Below, one piece after another: positions 1 through 7,498 of a DNA stretch of 34,793 nt. Each line of letters opens with the position of its first letter. Positions within the stretch are counted from its first letter, which is position 1. The stretch is from a virus, in the IMG/VR virus record IMGVR_UViG_3300045988_167882, positions 1 to 34,793 of that record. The stretch is one strand, 5' to 3'. The notes under the pieces are model-generated. The model searched no databases. It worked only from the letters and a program-made list of their open reading frames with translations, and was not told where the DNA came from. The position numbers were made by a program, and so were the translations under genes.

Positions 1-119
1 GGAACATATGAAATATTAAATTTTGATACGGCATCCGATACGGCTCACGAGGACATTAATAAACAAAACAAAACAAAACATAATAATACATCATCAAAAA
101 ATGATGATGCAAAAAAAGA
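1..119. repeat. Terminal direct repeat; identical copy at 34675-34793 (circular contig overlap, unique genome 34,674 bp)
   Basis: Base-by-base comparison: ggaacatatgaaatattaaattttgatacggcatcc...gatgatgcaaaaaaaga occurs at both ends. The ORF starting at 34420 continues in frame into 1-378. Confidence 0.95.
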
Positions 120-378
120 ACTAAAAAAACATTTTGAGCTTATTTGGGATATATATCCTCATAAACTAGGTAAAGCTAAAGCGGAAGAATATTTCCTTAA
201 ATGGGTAAAGGGTAGAAAGATAAATGGTACTACTATTAAACTTACAGACAAGCAAATGTATTTAGCTGTAAAAAAATATAAAAAAGAATGTGAAGATAAA
301 CAAATTGAACAGCAATATATAAAATACGGAGATACGTTCTTTAATAAAGCAATATTGGACTATGTAGAAAATGGATAA
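1..378 (+). CDS. Replisome organizer / DnaD-like replication initiation protein, C-terminal part (N-terminal part at 34420-34793; one 210-aa ORF across the junction)
   Basis: Frame 1 is open from base 1 to TAA 376-378 (..KELKKHFELIWDIYPHKLGKAKAEEYFLKWVKGRK..DYVENG*). It is in frame with ATG 34420 once the 119-bp overlap is removed. Position immediately upstream of the helicase genes is typical of phage replisome organizers. Confidence 0.7.
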   Translation, partial: GTYEILNFDTASDTAHEDINKQNKTKHNNTSSKNDDAKKELKKHFELIWDIYPHKLGKAKAEEYFLKWVKGRKINGTTIKLTDKQMYLAVKKYKKECEDKQIEQQYIKYGDTFFNKAILDYVENG

Positions 379-946
379 ATTTGCAGAAATAAAAAACCTT
401 TTAAAAGGGGAAGAAGTAGTACGACATTATCTTGGAAAGCCCGATAAACAAACTAGCACAGGTATTTGGTATAAAAGTCCATTTAGACATGAGAAAACAG
501 CAAGTTTTTGTGTTTCAGAAAAAGGAATACATGACTTCGGAAGCAGTGAACATTACGACATAATAAGCTTTATTGCTAAATATTTTAATACAGACAATTA
601 CAGAGCTTTAAAGATATTATGCAATGATTTTAATCTTAGTTTATTAAACGAAAAGCAAGACAATGAAACAATAAAAAAACTAAAATTCAAAAGACAACAA
701 GAACAAAAAAGAAGACAGAAAATTGAATTATGGTTCAAGGAAAAATTTCAAAATGTTTGCAATGAGTTAAGTGAAAATGAAAAACTTATGAAGATATTTG
801 AAAATAGTTGTTATTTCGATACTTTAAGTATTTTGTATGATAGACAAGTAAAGCTTGAAATTGAATTTGAGGAAATGCAGATTACGAAAGATAAAGAAAA
901 ATATTATGAAATATACGAAAGGAGCCATAAATGGAAGAAGCTGTAA
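371..946 (+). CDS. Primase zinc-ribbon-like protein (DnaG N-terminal domain-like, metal ligands lost, no TOPRIM/catalytic domain)
   Basis: 191-aa ORF. YKSPFRHEKTASFCV..IHDFGSSEHYDIISFI follows the DnaG CHC2 pattern CPFHxEKTPSF..CFGCGxxGD, but with Cys replaced by Ser/Asp/Ser. Start overlaps the upstream stop (ATGGATAA). Confidence 0.6.
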   Translation: MDKFAEIKNLLKGEEVVRHYLGKPDKQTSTGIWYKSPFRHEKTASFCVSEKGIHDFGSSEHYDIISFIAKYFNTDNYRALKILCNDFNLSLLNEKQDNETIKKLKFKRQQEQKRRQKIELWFKEKFQNVCNELSENEKLMKIFENSCYFDTLSILYDRQVKLEIEFEEMQITKDKEKYYEIYERSHKWKKL

Positions 947-1890
947 AGACAGAGAAGCAAGAATTGTATTATAGATTAGATGATTACAAATACACAGATA
1001 TACCAAAAACAAGAGTATTATCTGGGATAAGAGAACTTGATTATAATACAAAAGGATTTGAAATGGGTTGTATAACGATTTGGACTGGATTTACAAATGC
1101 AGGAAAAACAACAGTAATGACAATGTTAGCAAAAAATACAATTCAGCAAGGAGAAAGAGTATTCTTTTTCAATGGAGAACAAACAAAAGAAGATTTCAAA
1201 AACAATTTATATATTCAGTCATCGCAATCAAATGATTTAGTTCATAAACAATTTAAAAGCAGTTGTGTATTTGACACATTTGTAAATCTTCAAAAAGCGA
1301 CATTACTTGAAAAACTTCTTGGTAACAAAATTTTTATATACAACAATGAAGCACCAAGAAATATCAACACATTAATAAAAGCAATGGAAGAAATAAATCA
1401 AAGAGAAAAAATAAGAGTGTTTTTCTTAGACAATTTTATGCAAATTGATATGCGAAGTGACAACATATTTCAAGAACAAACGAACATAATGGAAAAGTTA
1501 AGAACATTTGCAATAAATAAAAAAATACATATACATCTAGTCGCACATCCACGTAAAATTGAAAGATTTCAAACAAGATTAAGTTTATATGATATTGCAG
1601 GTAGTTCAAACATAGTAAATAAAGCATACAACATAATATCAATTTTAAGAGTAGATACAGTTCAAAAAGAGAGTAAAGACTATGAAAAACTACAAAAAGA
1701 TTTATTAAATGAAAAGTATAACATTGAAGATGTAGATACCGTACTTGAAGTATTAAAAACAAAAGGAGAAAGATGTGGACTTGTAGGATTGAAATATCTA
1801 AAAGAAACAAAAACATATATAGAAAGTTCAAAAATGACAAACGAGGAAATAGAAAAACAGAGATATAAAGGAGATGAAATACCTTGGTAG
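931..1890 (+). CDS. DnaB-like replicative helicase (RecA-type C-terminal domain)
   Basis: 319-aa ORF. SD AAAGGAG 7 nt upstream. Walker A GFTNAGKTT, Walker B-like RVFFLDNFMQ, HLVAHPRK arginine-finger region. Confidence 0.8.
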   Translation: MEEAVKTEKQELYYRLDDYKYTDIPKTRVLSGIRELDYNTKGFEMGCITIWTGFTNAGKTTVMTMLAKNTIQQGERVFFFNGEQTKEDFKNNLYIQSSQSNDLVHKQFKSSCVFDTFVNLQKATLLEKLLGNKIFIYNNEAPRNINTLIKAMEEINQREKIRVFFLDNFMQIDMRSDNIFQEQTNIMEKLRTFAINKKIHIHLVAHPRKIERFQTRLSLYDIAGSSNIVNKAYNIISILRVDTVQKESKDYEKLQKDLLNEKYNIEDVDTVLEVLKTKGERCGLVGLKYLKETKTYIESSKMTNEEIEKQRYKGDEIPW

Positions 1891-2090
1891 AACAACAAAA
1901 ATTAGAATACAATTTTATTTTAAATAGATATTATAACGGAATAAATTATGTAGAAAAACATCCAGATGAGTTTGATAAATATATAGGGAAAATTATGGAA
2001 TTTAAAAATAGATTAGAAGAACTAATAACCCAAATTGAAAATGTTGAAAATGTAAAAGAAGATGAGATATTAGGAGGGTTTAAAATATGA
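1884..2090 (+). CDS. Hypothetical protein (TTG start, overlaps helicase stop)
   Basis: 68-aa ORF, SD AAAGGAGA upstream, tight packing in the operon. Confidence 0.5.
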   Translation: MVEQQKLEYNFILNRYYNGINYVEKHPDEFDKYIGKIMEFKNRLEELITQIENVENVKEDEILGGFKI

Positions 2091-2218
2091 TTGAAATAAA
2101 TGAAGAACAATTATTAAACTTTGAAGAACAATTATTAAGCTTTAAAGAAGTAGATAGAAATGAGATTTTAAAGCAAATAATTTTAAGAATATCAAATACA
2201 CAGGGAGGTAACAAATGA
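2087..2218 (+). CDS. Small hypothetical protein (43 aa) containing a 21-bp tandem repeat
   Basis: ATG 2087 overlaps the upstream stop (ATATGA). Product MIEINEEQLLNFEEQLLSFKEVDRNEILKQIILRISNTQGGNK. Stop overlaps the next ATG. Below the ORF-track cutoff. Confidence 0.4.
   Translation: MIEINEEQLLNFEEQLLSFKEVDRNEILKQIILRISNTQGGNK
2102..2143. repeat. Tandem direct repeat 2 x 21 bp (gaagaacaattattaaacttt / gaagaacaattattaagcttt)
   Basis: Read directly; 20/21 identity. Confidence 0.85.
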
Positions 2219-2526
2219 GAAGAAAAGATGTACAAAATAAAACAAGAGAAATATTGCGAACAGAACCTTACTCACGTGAAAACGATGGCTATCTAATAAG
2301 ACGAGTTATAGAAGAACTAGAACCAGATTTGTATAAAAACAGTTTTAAAACAATCATGGACAATCTTCAATTTTCAGGAATAAGCATTGAAAGTATAACA
2401 AGAGCTAGAAGAAAGTTTTTTGAAGATAATCCAGAGTTGAAAATAGACAAAGCGGAAAAAGCAAGACGAGAAAAAGAGCAAGAATATTATTTAGAATATT
2501 CAAGACATATACCAAGAATTGATTAG
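2215..2526 (+). CDS. Hypothetical protein
   Basis: 103-aa ORF, SD GGGAGG 6 nt upstream. Confidence 0.65.
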   Translation: MRRKDVQNKTREILRTEPYSRENDGYLIRRVIEELEPDLYKNSFKTIMDNLQFSGISIESITRARRKFFEDNPELKIDKAEKARREKEQEYYLEYSRHIPRID

Positions 2527-2539
2527 AAAGGAGTTCGTT

Positions 2540-2758
2540 ATGATTAAGAGGTTAAAAAATATAAAAATATCAAAAGAGTTTAAGATGAAATATCCCAGAA
2601 CATTAAAGCTAATAAGTAAAATGGAATATTACTTAAGAAATAACAAATTTGAACAGCCAATAGTAATAAACAAAGACAATGTTTTAGTAGATGGCTATAC
2701 AAGTTACATAATAGCACAAATGCTAAATAAAAAATGGGTAAGAGTGGAAAGAGTATGA
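2540..2758 (+). CDS. Small protein, possibly ParB N-terminal-domain-like
   Basis: ATG 2540 has SD AAAGGAG at 7-nt spacing; the track start 2519 is a TTG without SD. QPIVINKDNVLVDGYTSYIIAQMLN resembles the ParB/Srx core (weak). Confidence 0.5.
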   Translation: MIKRLKNIKISKEFKMKYPRTLKLISKMEYYLRNNKFEQPIVINKDNVLVDGYTSYIIAQMLNKKWVRVERV

Positions 2759-2914
2759 AACAGTTAGCAGACATGCCAGGAATATGCAAATATTGTGTAC
2801 GGGTGTTTGAGACTAGAAGATGAAAACTTTAAAAGTAGATACAGATGCAAAGACTTTGAAGCTAATCAAATAAACTGGCAAGATTTAATGAGAGAGGAAT
2901 TAAAGAAAAAGTGA
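2755..2914 (+). CDS. Small Cys-rich protein, reading frame interrupted (+1 shift needed at CGG 2800-2802)
   Basis: ATG 2755 gives MKQLADMPGICKYCV-CGG..TGA 2821. The +1 frame continues GCLRLEDENFKSRYRCKDFEANQINWQDLMREELKKK to TGA 2912-2914, which overlaps the next gene's GTG. Confidence 0.45.
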
Positions 2915-3486
2915 ATAGAATTGAAATACCATTTAGATTACCAAGCTTAAATCAAGAAAAATGGAAATATATTAAAAATTCAAGTGAATATGAAATATCA
3001 ACATTGGGAAATATCCGTAGAAACAAAAGAAATTTAAAAATTTCGGACAAACCAACATATAAAATAATTAGGTTGAAATTAGATGATAAATACAAAACAT
3101 ACTATATACATAGATTGGTTGCAGAAACTTTTGTTCCAAATGTAAATAAAAAAGAATTTGTTAATCATAAAGATGGCAACAAGCATAACAATAATATTGA
3201 TAATTTAGAGTGGTGTACAAGACAAGAAAATGAGATACATGCTTGGAAAAACGGATTAAAAGAGAAAATAAGAGAGACATCAAAAGAAAATCTTAAAATA
3301 GCTAGAAAATATATACATGTAAACAAACCAGTCAATCAATTTGATTTAAATATGAATTTTATAAAAAAATGGGATTCAGCATTTCAAGCGCAAAAAAAGA
3401 TTGGAATAGATAGCTCAGCGATAAGCAAATGTTGTAATAATAAATTAAAGAAAGCAGGTGGTTATATATGGCAATTTGCAAAATAG
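2911..3486 (+). CDS. HNH homing endonuclease (NUMOD4 + HNH_3 + C-terminal DNA-binding motif). The first 15 codons duplicate the 5' end of the rusA-like gene.
   Basis: 191-aa ORF, GTG start. EKWKYIKNSSEYEISTLGNIRR is NUMOD4-like. HRLVAETFVPN..VNHKDGNKHNNNIDNLEW is the HNH motif. GIDSSAISKCCNNKLKKAGGYIW is a NUMOD1/IENR-like helix. Confidence 0.85.
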   Translation: MNRIEIPFRLPSLNQEKWKYIKNSSEYEISTLGNIRRNKRNLKISDKPTYKIIRLKLDDKYKTYYIHRLVAETFVPNVNKKEFVNHKDGNKHNNNIDNLEWCTRQENEIHAWKNGLKEKIRETSKENLKIARKYIHVNKPVNQFDLNMNFIKKWDSAFQAQKKIGIDSSAISKCCNNKLKKAGGYIWQFAK

Positions 3487-3515
3487 AAATACCTTTTAGA
3501 TTGCCATCTCTCTGA
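3468..3515 (+). pseudogene. 5' fragment of the RusA-like resolvase gene (MAICKIEIPFRLPSL*), 2 nt out of frame with 3563-3829
   Basis: SD AGGTGG 6 nt upstream of ATG 3468. Deleting one CT from tctctctg (3507-3514) joins it to ..NQYINECRKNRFAGANMKKNIES... Confidence 0.55.
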
Positions 3516-3562
3516 ATCAATACATAAATGAGTGTAGAAAAAATAGATTTGCAGGTGCAAAT

Positions 3563-3829
3563 ATGAAGAAGAATATTGAAAGCGATATAGGCTATTATAT
3601 AAATTTATTACCTCAATATAAAAGACCTGTTAGAATCCATTTTCATTGGGTAGAAGAGAACAAAAAAAGAGATTTAGATAATGTATGTTTCGCTAAAAAA
3701 TTTATATTGGATTCAATGGTAAAAGCAGGAAAACTTAAAGATGATAACAGAAACTTTGTAAAGGGATTTACAGATACATTTGAATATGGCAAAGAATCAA
3801 AAGTTATTTTAGAAATTGAGGAGGAATAA
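3563..3829 (+). CDS. rusA: RusA-like Holliday junction resolvase (N-terminally truncated as an intact ORF)
   Basis: KKRDLDNVCFAKKFILDSMVKAGKLKDDNRNFV matches the RusA catalytic region RRRDLDNLxKxxxDALxxAGxxxDD. The upstream in-frame sequence SLNQYINECRKNRFAGAN matches the RusA N-terminal PSxNxYxxxxR motif but is closed by a stop at 3497. Confidence 0.75.
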   Translation: MKKNIESDIGYYINLLPQYKRPVRIHFHWVEENKKRDLDNVCFAKKFILDSMVKAGKLKDDNRNFVKGFTDTFEYGKESKVILEIEEE

Positions 3830-3831
3830 AA

Positions 3832-4254
3832 ATGTCATTTGATTTAGACGATGAAGAATTAAAAGCAACAAGAGAGAGTAATGGAGCAGATAGAAGAGGT
3901 ATAGAAAATTTAATAGAAGAATTAACAAAAGTACGACCTGATGAGTTAAGCACAGAAGGATTAAAATTATTTAATAAAATTAATGAAATAATCGATAAAA
4001 ATAAAGAGCTAAAAGAAGAGAATAAAACATTAAATGAAAGAAATCAATATCTAGTAAAATACAGAGCCAAATTAGAAAAAGAGCTTTATGAAAGTAATGA
4101 AAATTACATACCTGTTTCTTTAGTAGAAGAAAAGATAGAAGAATATCAAAATAATATGAAATTATATGAAAATGAAACACACAATATATTTAATGAAAAT
4201 AATATTAGACAAGAAGTTATAACAGTTTTACAAGAATTATTAGAAAAGAGGTAA
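3832..4254 (+). CDS. Hypothetical coiled-coil protein
   Basis: 140-aa ORF, SD GAGGAGG upstream. Confidence 0.65.
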   Translation: MSFDLDDEELKATRESNGADRRGIENLIEELTKVRPDELSTEGLKLFNKINEIIDKNKELKEENKTLNERNQYLVKYRAKLEKELYESNENYIPVSLVEEKIEEYQNNMKLYENETHNIFNENNIRQEVITVLQELLEKR

Positions 4255-4259
4255 TAGAA

Positions 4260-4502
4260 ATGTTGGAATTTCAAAAATGGTTAGATGAAAATTGGGAAAA
4301 AGATAATATGTTTCCACCTTATTTAGATGCTCAATTTGCAATAGATTTTTTATGTAATTATCTACTTGGCGAGGATTATTACATAGTAAATCCTTTATGC
4401 ACAGCACAAGCTAATTGCGAAATTGTACACGATATACTATATAAATATTCTAAAAGATATAGAAAAGAATATAAAAAAAGAGTTAGGAGGACTAAACAAT
4501 GA
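4260..4502 (+). CDS. Hypothetical protein
   Basis: 80-aa ORF, SD AAGAGG. Confidence 0.6.
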   Translation: MLEFQKWLDENWEKDNMFPPYLDAQFAIDFLCNYLLGEDYYIVNPLCTAQANCEIVHDILYKYSKRYRKEYKKRVRRTKQ

Positions 4503-4831
4503 ATGAAGAAGAAGCAATAGAACAGTTAAAAATAATCAAAAACAATATAGATAAAAAATATATTAATACTAAAAACTCAAATGCAATAGAAACAGTCCTA
4601 AATCTATTAGAAGAGAAAGATAAGATAATAAATTCAATAAAAGAATATGCACAACAAGAGATAGATTTTGCAACAGAAGATATAGAAGATTATATAGATG
4701 ACGATAGAGAAGGCAATAAAGATATTATAGGCGAACTAAAAGAGTGGAGAGAGCATTGGAAAGATATTATAAGAATAATGAACAATGAAAAAACTTATAT
4801 AGATTTTGAATATAAAGTAGAGAAGGAATAG
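4499..4831 (+). CDS. Hypothetical coiled-coil protein (paralog family with 6148 and 6715)
   Basis: 110-aa ORF, SD AGGAGG, ATGA overlap. N-terminus MNEEEAIEQLK..NAIETVLNLLEEK is shared with 6715 (MKEEEKKAIERLK..RAIDTILNLIAKL). Confidence 0.65.
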   Translation: MNEEEAIEQLKIIKNNIDKKYINTKNSNAIETVLNLLEEKDKIINSIKEYAQQEIDFATEDIEDYIDDDREGNKDIIGELKEWREHWKDIIRIMNNEKTYIDFEYKVEKE

Positions 4832-4835
4832 TGGT

Positions 4836-5093
4836 ATGTTAAAAATAAGAGATGATGCAGATTTAAAAGAACTTGAAAAGTATAGATTTGAGTTAGATGG
4901 TAATACATATAAGTATTTTATAGCAAAAAACAAATGTGTTTATGTATGTATTCATGACAGAAAAATAATAAGACCAGAATTACCAGTAATAACAAGTAGA
5001 ATAAAAGCTATTTTTACATCTAAAAAGCCATACCAAAAATTAAGTGAAATAATGTATAGGTTAGACAAAGCCGATTTAGTTGTAAAGGAGTAA
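4836..5093 (+). CDS. Hypothetical protein
   Basis: 85-aa ORF in the operon. Confidence 0.55.
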   Translation: MLKIRDDADLKELEKYRFELDGNTYKYFIAKNKCVYVCIHDRKIIRPELPVITSRIKAIFTSKKPYQKLSEIMYRLDKADLVVKE

Positions 5094-5095
5094 AT

Positions 5096-5263
5096 ATGAG
5101 CGAAGAAGAAAAAATAAAAATAGCAATGGATTTAGCAAAACAAGGAATAGACTTAGAAGACGTCGAGAAAATTTGTTTAGATTTAGTAAAATGTTTTAAA
5201 CCTGTTATTGATTTAGCAGTAAAAAACAAAAAAATATTGGATGAGTATACAAGGAGTAAATAA
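5096..5263 (+). CDS. Hypothetical protein (55 aa)
   Basis: ATG 5096 with SD AAAGGAG. Product MSEEEKIKIAMDLAKQGIDLEDVEKICLDLVKCFKPVIDLAVKNKKILDEYTRSK. Fills the gap between tracked ORFs. Confidence 0.5.
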   Translation: MSEEEKIKIAMDLAKQGIDLEDVEKICLDLVKCFKPVIDLAVKNKKILDEYTRSK

Positions 5264-5266
5264 GAT

Positions 5267-5542
5267 ATGGAACATAATTGCTATATAGGAGAATGGTTAG
5301 ATTATGAAAATGCTGAATTAGTAACATATGATGATTTAAAAGAAAAGGTAAAAAATAATAATGAAACATTTGAATATGGATTAATCACATATGGCGAAAA
5401 TTTTGTGAATGGGCTTATGAAAGAATTAAAGATAAAGAATTATTTTGACAAAAGAAAAAATACTAATTTTAATAGATTTAATTATTGCCCATATTGCGGT
5501 AAAAAAATAGATTGGAAAGAATTAAAAGAGAGGAGTAAATAA
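5267..5542 (+). CDS. Hypothetical protein with C-terminal CPYCG half zinc-ribbon
   Basis: 91-aa ORF, SD AAGGAG. Confidence 0.6.
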   Translation: MEHNCYIGEWLDYENAELVTYDDLKEKVKNNNETFEYGLITYGENFVNGLMKELKIKNYFDKRKNTNFNRFNYCPYCGKKIDWKELKERSK

Positions 5543-5545
5543 GAT

Positions 5546-5872
5546 ATGAGTAAAGAGGAAATATCTAAAGAAACAAAAAATACTTTACAAAATTGTTGGG
5601 TTATGACAACAAATCACGAACTAGATAATGAAAATAGAAAATTAAAAGAAGCTATAACTGAAATATTAGATAAAACTATGACTTCAACAGAAAAAAGCGA
5701 ATATTGGTATAAGTATTATATAGAACATAAACAATACAATGATGATTTAGAATATAACAAAAAAATATTAAAAGACTGGTCAAATATTTTAAAAGATATG
5801 GGAAATAGAAATTATCCTTATTGCTATGCTATTGATAGAATTTTAACAGAGCTGGAGAGGAGTGATACATAG
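5546..5872 (+). CDS. Hypothetical protein
   Basis: 108-aa ORF, SD GAGAGGAG. Confidence 0.6.
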   Translation: MSKEEISKETKNTLQNCWVMTTNHELDNENRKLKEAITEILDKTMTSTEKSEYWYKYYIEHKQYNDDLEYNKKILKDWSNILKDMGNRNYPYCYAIDRILTELERSDT

Positions 5873-6147
5873 TGAAAGAAAAAATAAATAAAAGAACAAC
5901 TAAAGATAGTATTGAATATTTGGAACTACAGTGTATTGTTAATAATAGAATACATGATTATATTTCAAAATATCATAATTACCCTAAATACATCAAATTA
6001 CCTTTATGGATATTTGACTGCTTAAAACAAACAATGTGTGAAGTAGATTTAAAGATAGATTATAAAACAGGAGAGTTTACATTCTTTAATTTAAAAGTTT
6101 GTGAAACTGTTAGCATAGAAAAACCAGAAGAAATCGAGGTGTTTTAA
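5872..6147 (+). CDS. Hypothetical protein (GTG start)
   Basis: 91-aa ORF, SD GGAGAGGAG, overlaps the upstream stop by 1 nt. Confidence 0.55.
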   Translation: MKEKINKRTTKDSIEYLELQCIVNNRIHDYISKYHNYPKYIKLPLWIFDCLKQTMCEVDLKIDYKTGEFTFFNLKVCETVSIEKPEEIEVF

Positions 6148-6492
6148 GTGAAAGAAAATAGTATAGAAGAAGATATAAAAATATTAGAAAGAAGAATAAA
6201 TAACTGGCAACCTTATAAAAACATAAGATTTGCTACTTCTGCGGGAGAAGAAATAAAAAAAGAAAATAAGGCAATAGAACATATTTTATTAGATTATAAA
6301 AGAGTATTAAAAGAGAATGAAGAATTAAAAATAAGCAATAAAGAAATAGACAAAGAATGTAGTAGATTAGAGAAAAAAGAAGTTGAATTAATTAATGAAA
6401 ATGAACATTATGAAGATTTAATATATGCATTAAAAACTTATTATGACATTACAGAAGAAGATTTAGAAGAATGTATGAAAAAGGATAGATGA
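6148..6492 (+). CDS. Hypothetical coiled-coil protein (GTG start)
   Basis: 114-aa ORF, SD GAGGTG. KAIEHILLDYKRVLKENEELK is similar to 6715 RAIDTILNLIAKLQRENEELK. Confidence 0.6.
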   Translation: MKENSIEEDIKILERRINNWQPYKNIRFATSAGEEIKKENKAIEHILLDYKRVLKENEELKISNKEIDKECSRLEKKEVELINENEHYEDLIYALKTYYDITEEDLEECMKKDR

Positions 6493-6506
6493 GAAGTGAG
6501 GAATAA

Positions 6507-6743
6507 ATGAACGAGAAAGAAAAGAAAATCATAGCTGAAAATAAATATGCAAAAGAATTAATCAAGAAAGTTAAAGAAATAGAAATTGGATTAAATTATT
6601 ATATAGAGCGTTCGCAACAGTTGGAAAATGAACTTAGTCAATATAAAATAATGTATGAAAATCGTGTAGAAGAGTATTTAAAATTAACAAAACAAGTTGA
6701 ATATGGAGGAACAAATGAAAGAGGAAGAAAAGAAGGCTATTGA
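6507..6743 (+). CDS. Hypothetical coiled-coil protein
   Basis: 78-aa ORF, SD GTGAGGA. Confidence 0.55.
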   Translation: MNEKEKKIIAENKYAKELIKKVKEIEIGLNYYIERSQQLENELSQYKIMYENRVEEYLKLTKQVEYGGTNERGRKEGY

Positions 6744-7029
6744 AAGATTAAAAGAAATAGCGACGAACACATATGCAGAAGGAAAAGCTAGAGCAATAGA
6801 TACAATATTAAATTTAATAGCAAAACTACAAAGAGAGAATGAAGAATTAAAAGCAGAAATACAAGAAAAAGAAAAACTAATAAATGCATTAGTAGATTAC
6901 ATAGTAAAAGAAGATATAGATGAATTAGTATGCAAGCACATAAAATGTGTAGATAATGAAGAAGAAAAAGATTGCAGAGAATGTGTAAAGAAATTCTTTG
7001 AAAGTAAAATAAAAGAAAGTGAGAATTAA
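6715..7029 (+). CDS. Hypothetical coiled-coil protein with C-terminal Cys cluster
   Basis: ATG 6715 is preceded by GGAGGA (6705-6710). The track start 6697 is a TTG. Confidence 0.6.
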   Translation: MKEEEKKAIERLKEIATNTYAEGKARAIDTILNLIAKLQRENEELKAEIQEKEKLINALVDYIVKEDIDELVCKHIKCVDNEEEKDCRECVKKFFESKIKESEN

Positions 7030-7031
7030 TT

Positions 7032-7328
7032 ATGAATATTGAAAGATTAAAAAAAGAAATTGATATGCAAACTAGGAATGGTAGAACAGAAGTATATATA
7101 AGATTAGCAGATATAAAAGAGCTAGTAGAAGGCTTAGAAGGTACATATGGAGATAACAGGATGCTAATAGAAGCAGATTACATAGAAGAACTAATTGCAG
7201 AATATGAAGAAAAGCATAAAAATAATTTTAAAGAAAGTTTAAAAGTAAAGAAACCTATTGAACACTGGGACACAAAATTAACTGATTTTAATGAAAAAGG
7301 ATTTACATTTGAACCCATAGAAAGATAG
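7032..7328 (+). CDS. Hypothetical protein
   Basis: 98-aa ORF. Confidence 0.6.
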   Translation: MNIERLKKEIDMQTRNGRTEVYIRLADIKELVEGLEGTYGDNRMLIEADYIEELIAEYEEKHKNNFKESLKVKKPIEHWDTKLTDFNEKGFTFEPIER

Positions 7329-7342
7329 AGAGGTGTAAACAA

Positions 7343-7498
7343 ATGACAAAAATATGTGAAACTTGTAAATATTATTTAGCAGGTAGAGGTAAATACGGAA
7401 CAGGAATATGTAAATCAACAAATTCAAATAAAAGAAATAAGAATTTTGTTCTAAAAAAAGAGACATGTTCTAAATGGGAAAGGAGAACGAATGAATAA
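7343..7498 (+). CDS. Small Cys-rich (zinc-ribbon-like) protein, 51 aa
   Basis: SD GAGAGGTG. Product MTKICETCKYYLAGRGKYGTGICKSTNSNKRNKNFVLKKETCSKWERRTNE. Overlaps the next start. Confidence 0.5.
   Translation: MTKICETCKYYLAGRGKYGTGICKSTNSNKRNKNFVLKKETCSKWERRTNE

Noticed and set aside
1436-1912. Long minus-strand ORFs overlapping plus-strand genes (1436-1912, 1680-1898, 7372-7626, 14544-14885, 17610-17915, 24037-24348, 31808-32150, 32656-32889, 33395-33703 and others in the track)
   Set aside because: Their products are Leu/Phe/Ile/Ser-rich low-complexity strings, typical of the antisense of AT-rich Lys/Glu/Asn-rich coding sequence. They have no SD and overlap well-supported genes with recognisable motifs.
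2956-3520. Group I intron carrying the HNH ORF inside rusA
   Set aside because: A splice joining ..PSL(NQ) to (NQ)YINE.. would restore RusA. However, no junction within the shared aatcaa region satisfies both a 5' exon ending in U and an intron ending in G. Also, a duplicated exon copy with its own SD and ATG is not an intron feature. I could not fold the region, so RT-PCR remains the decisive test.
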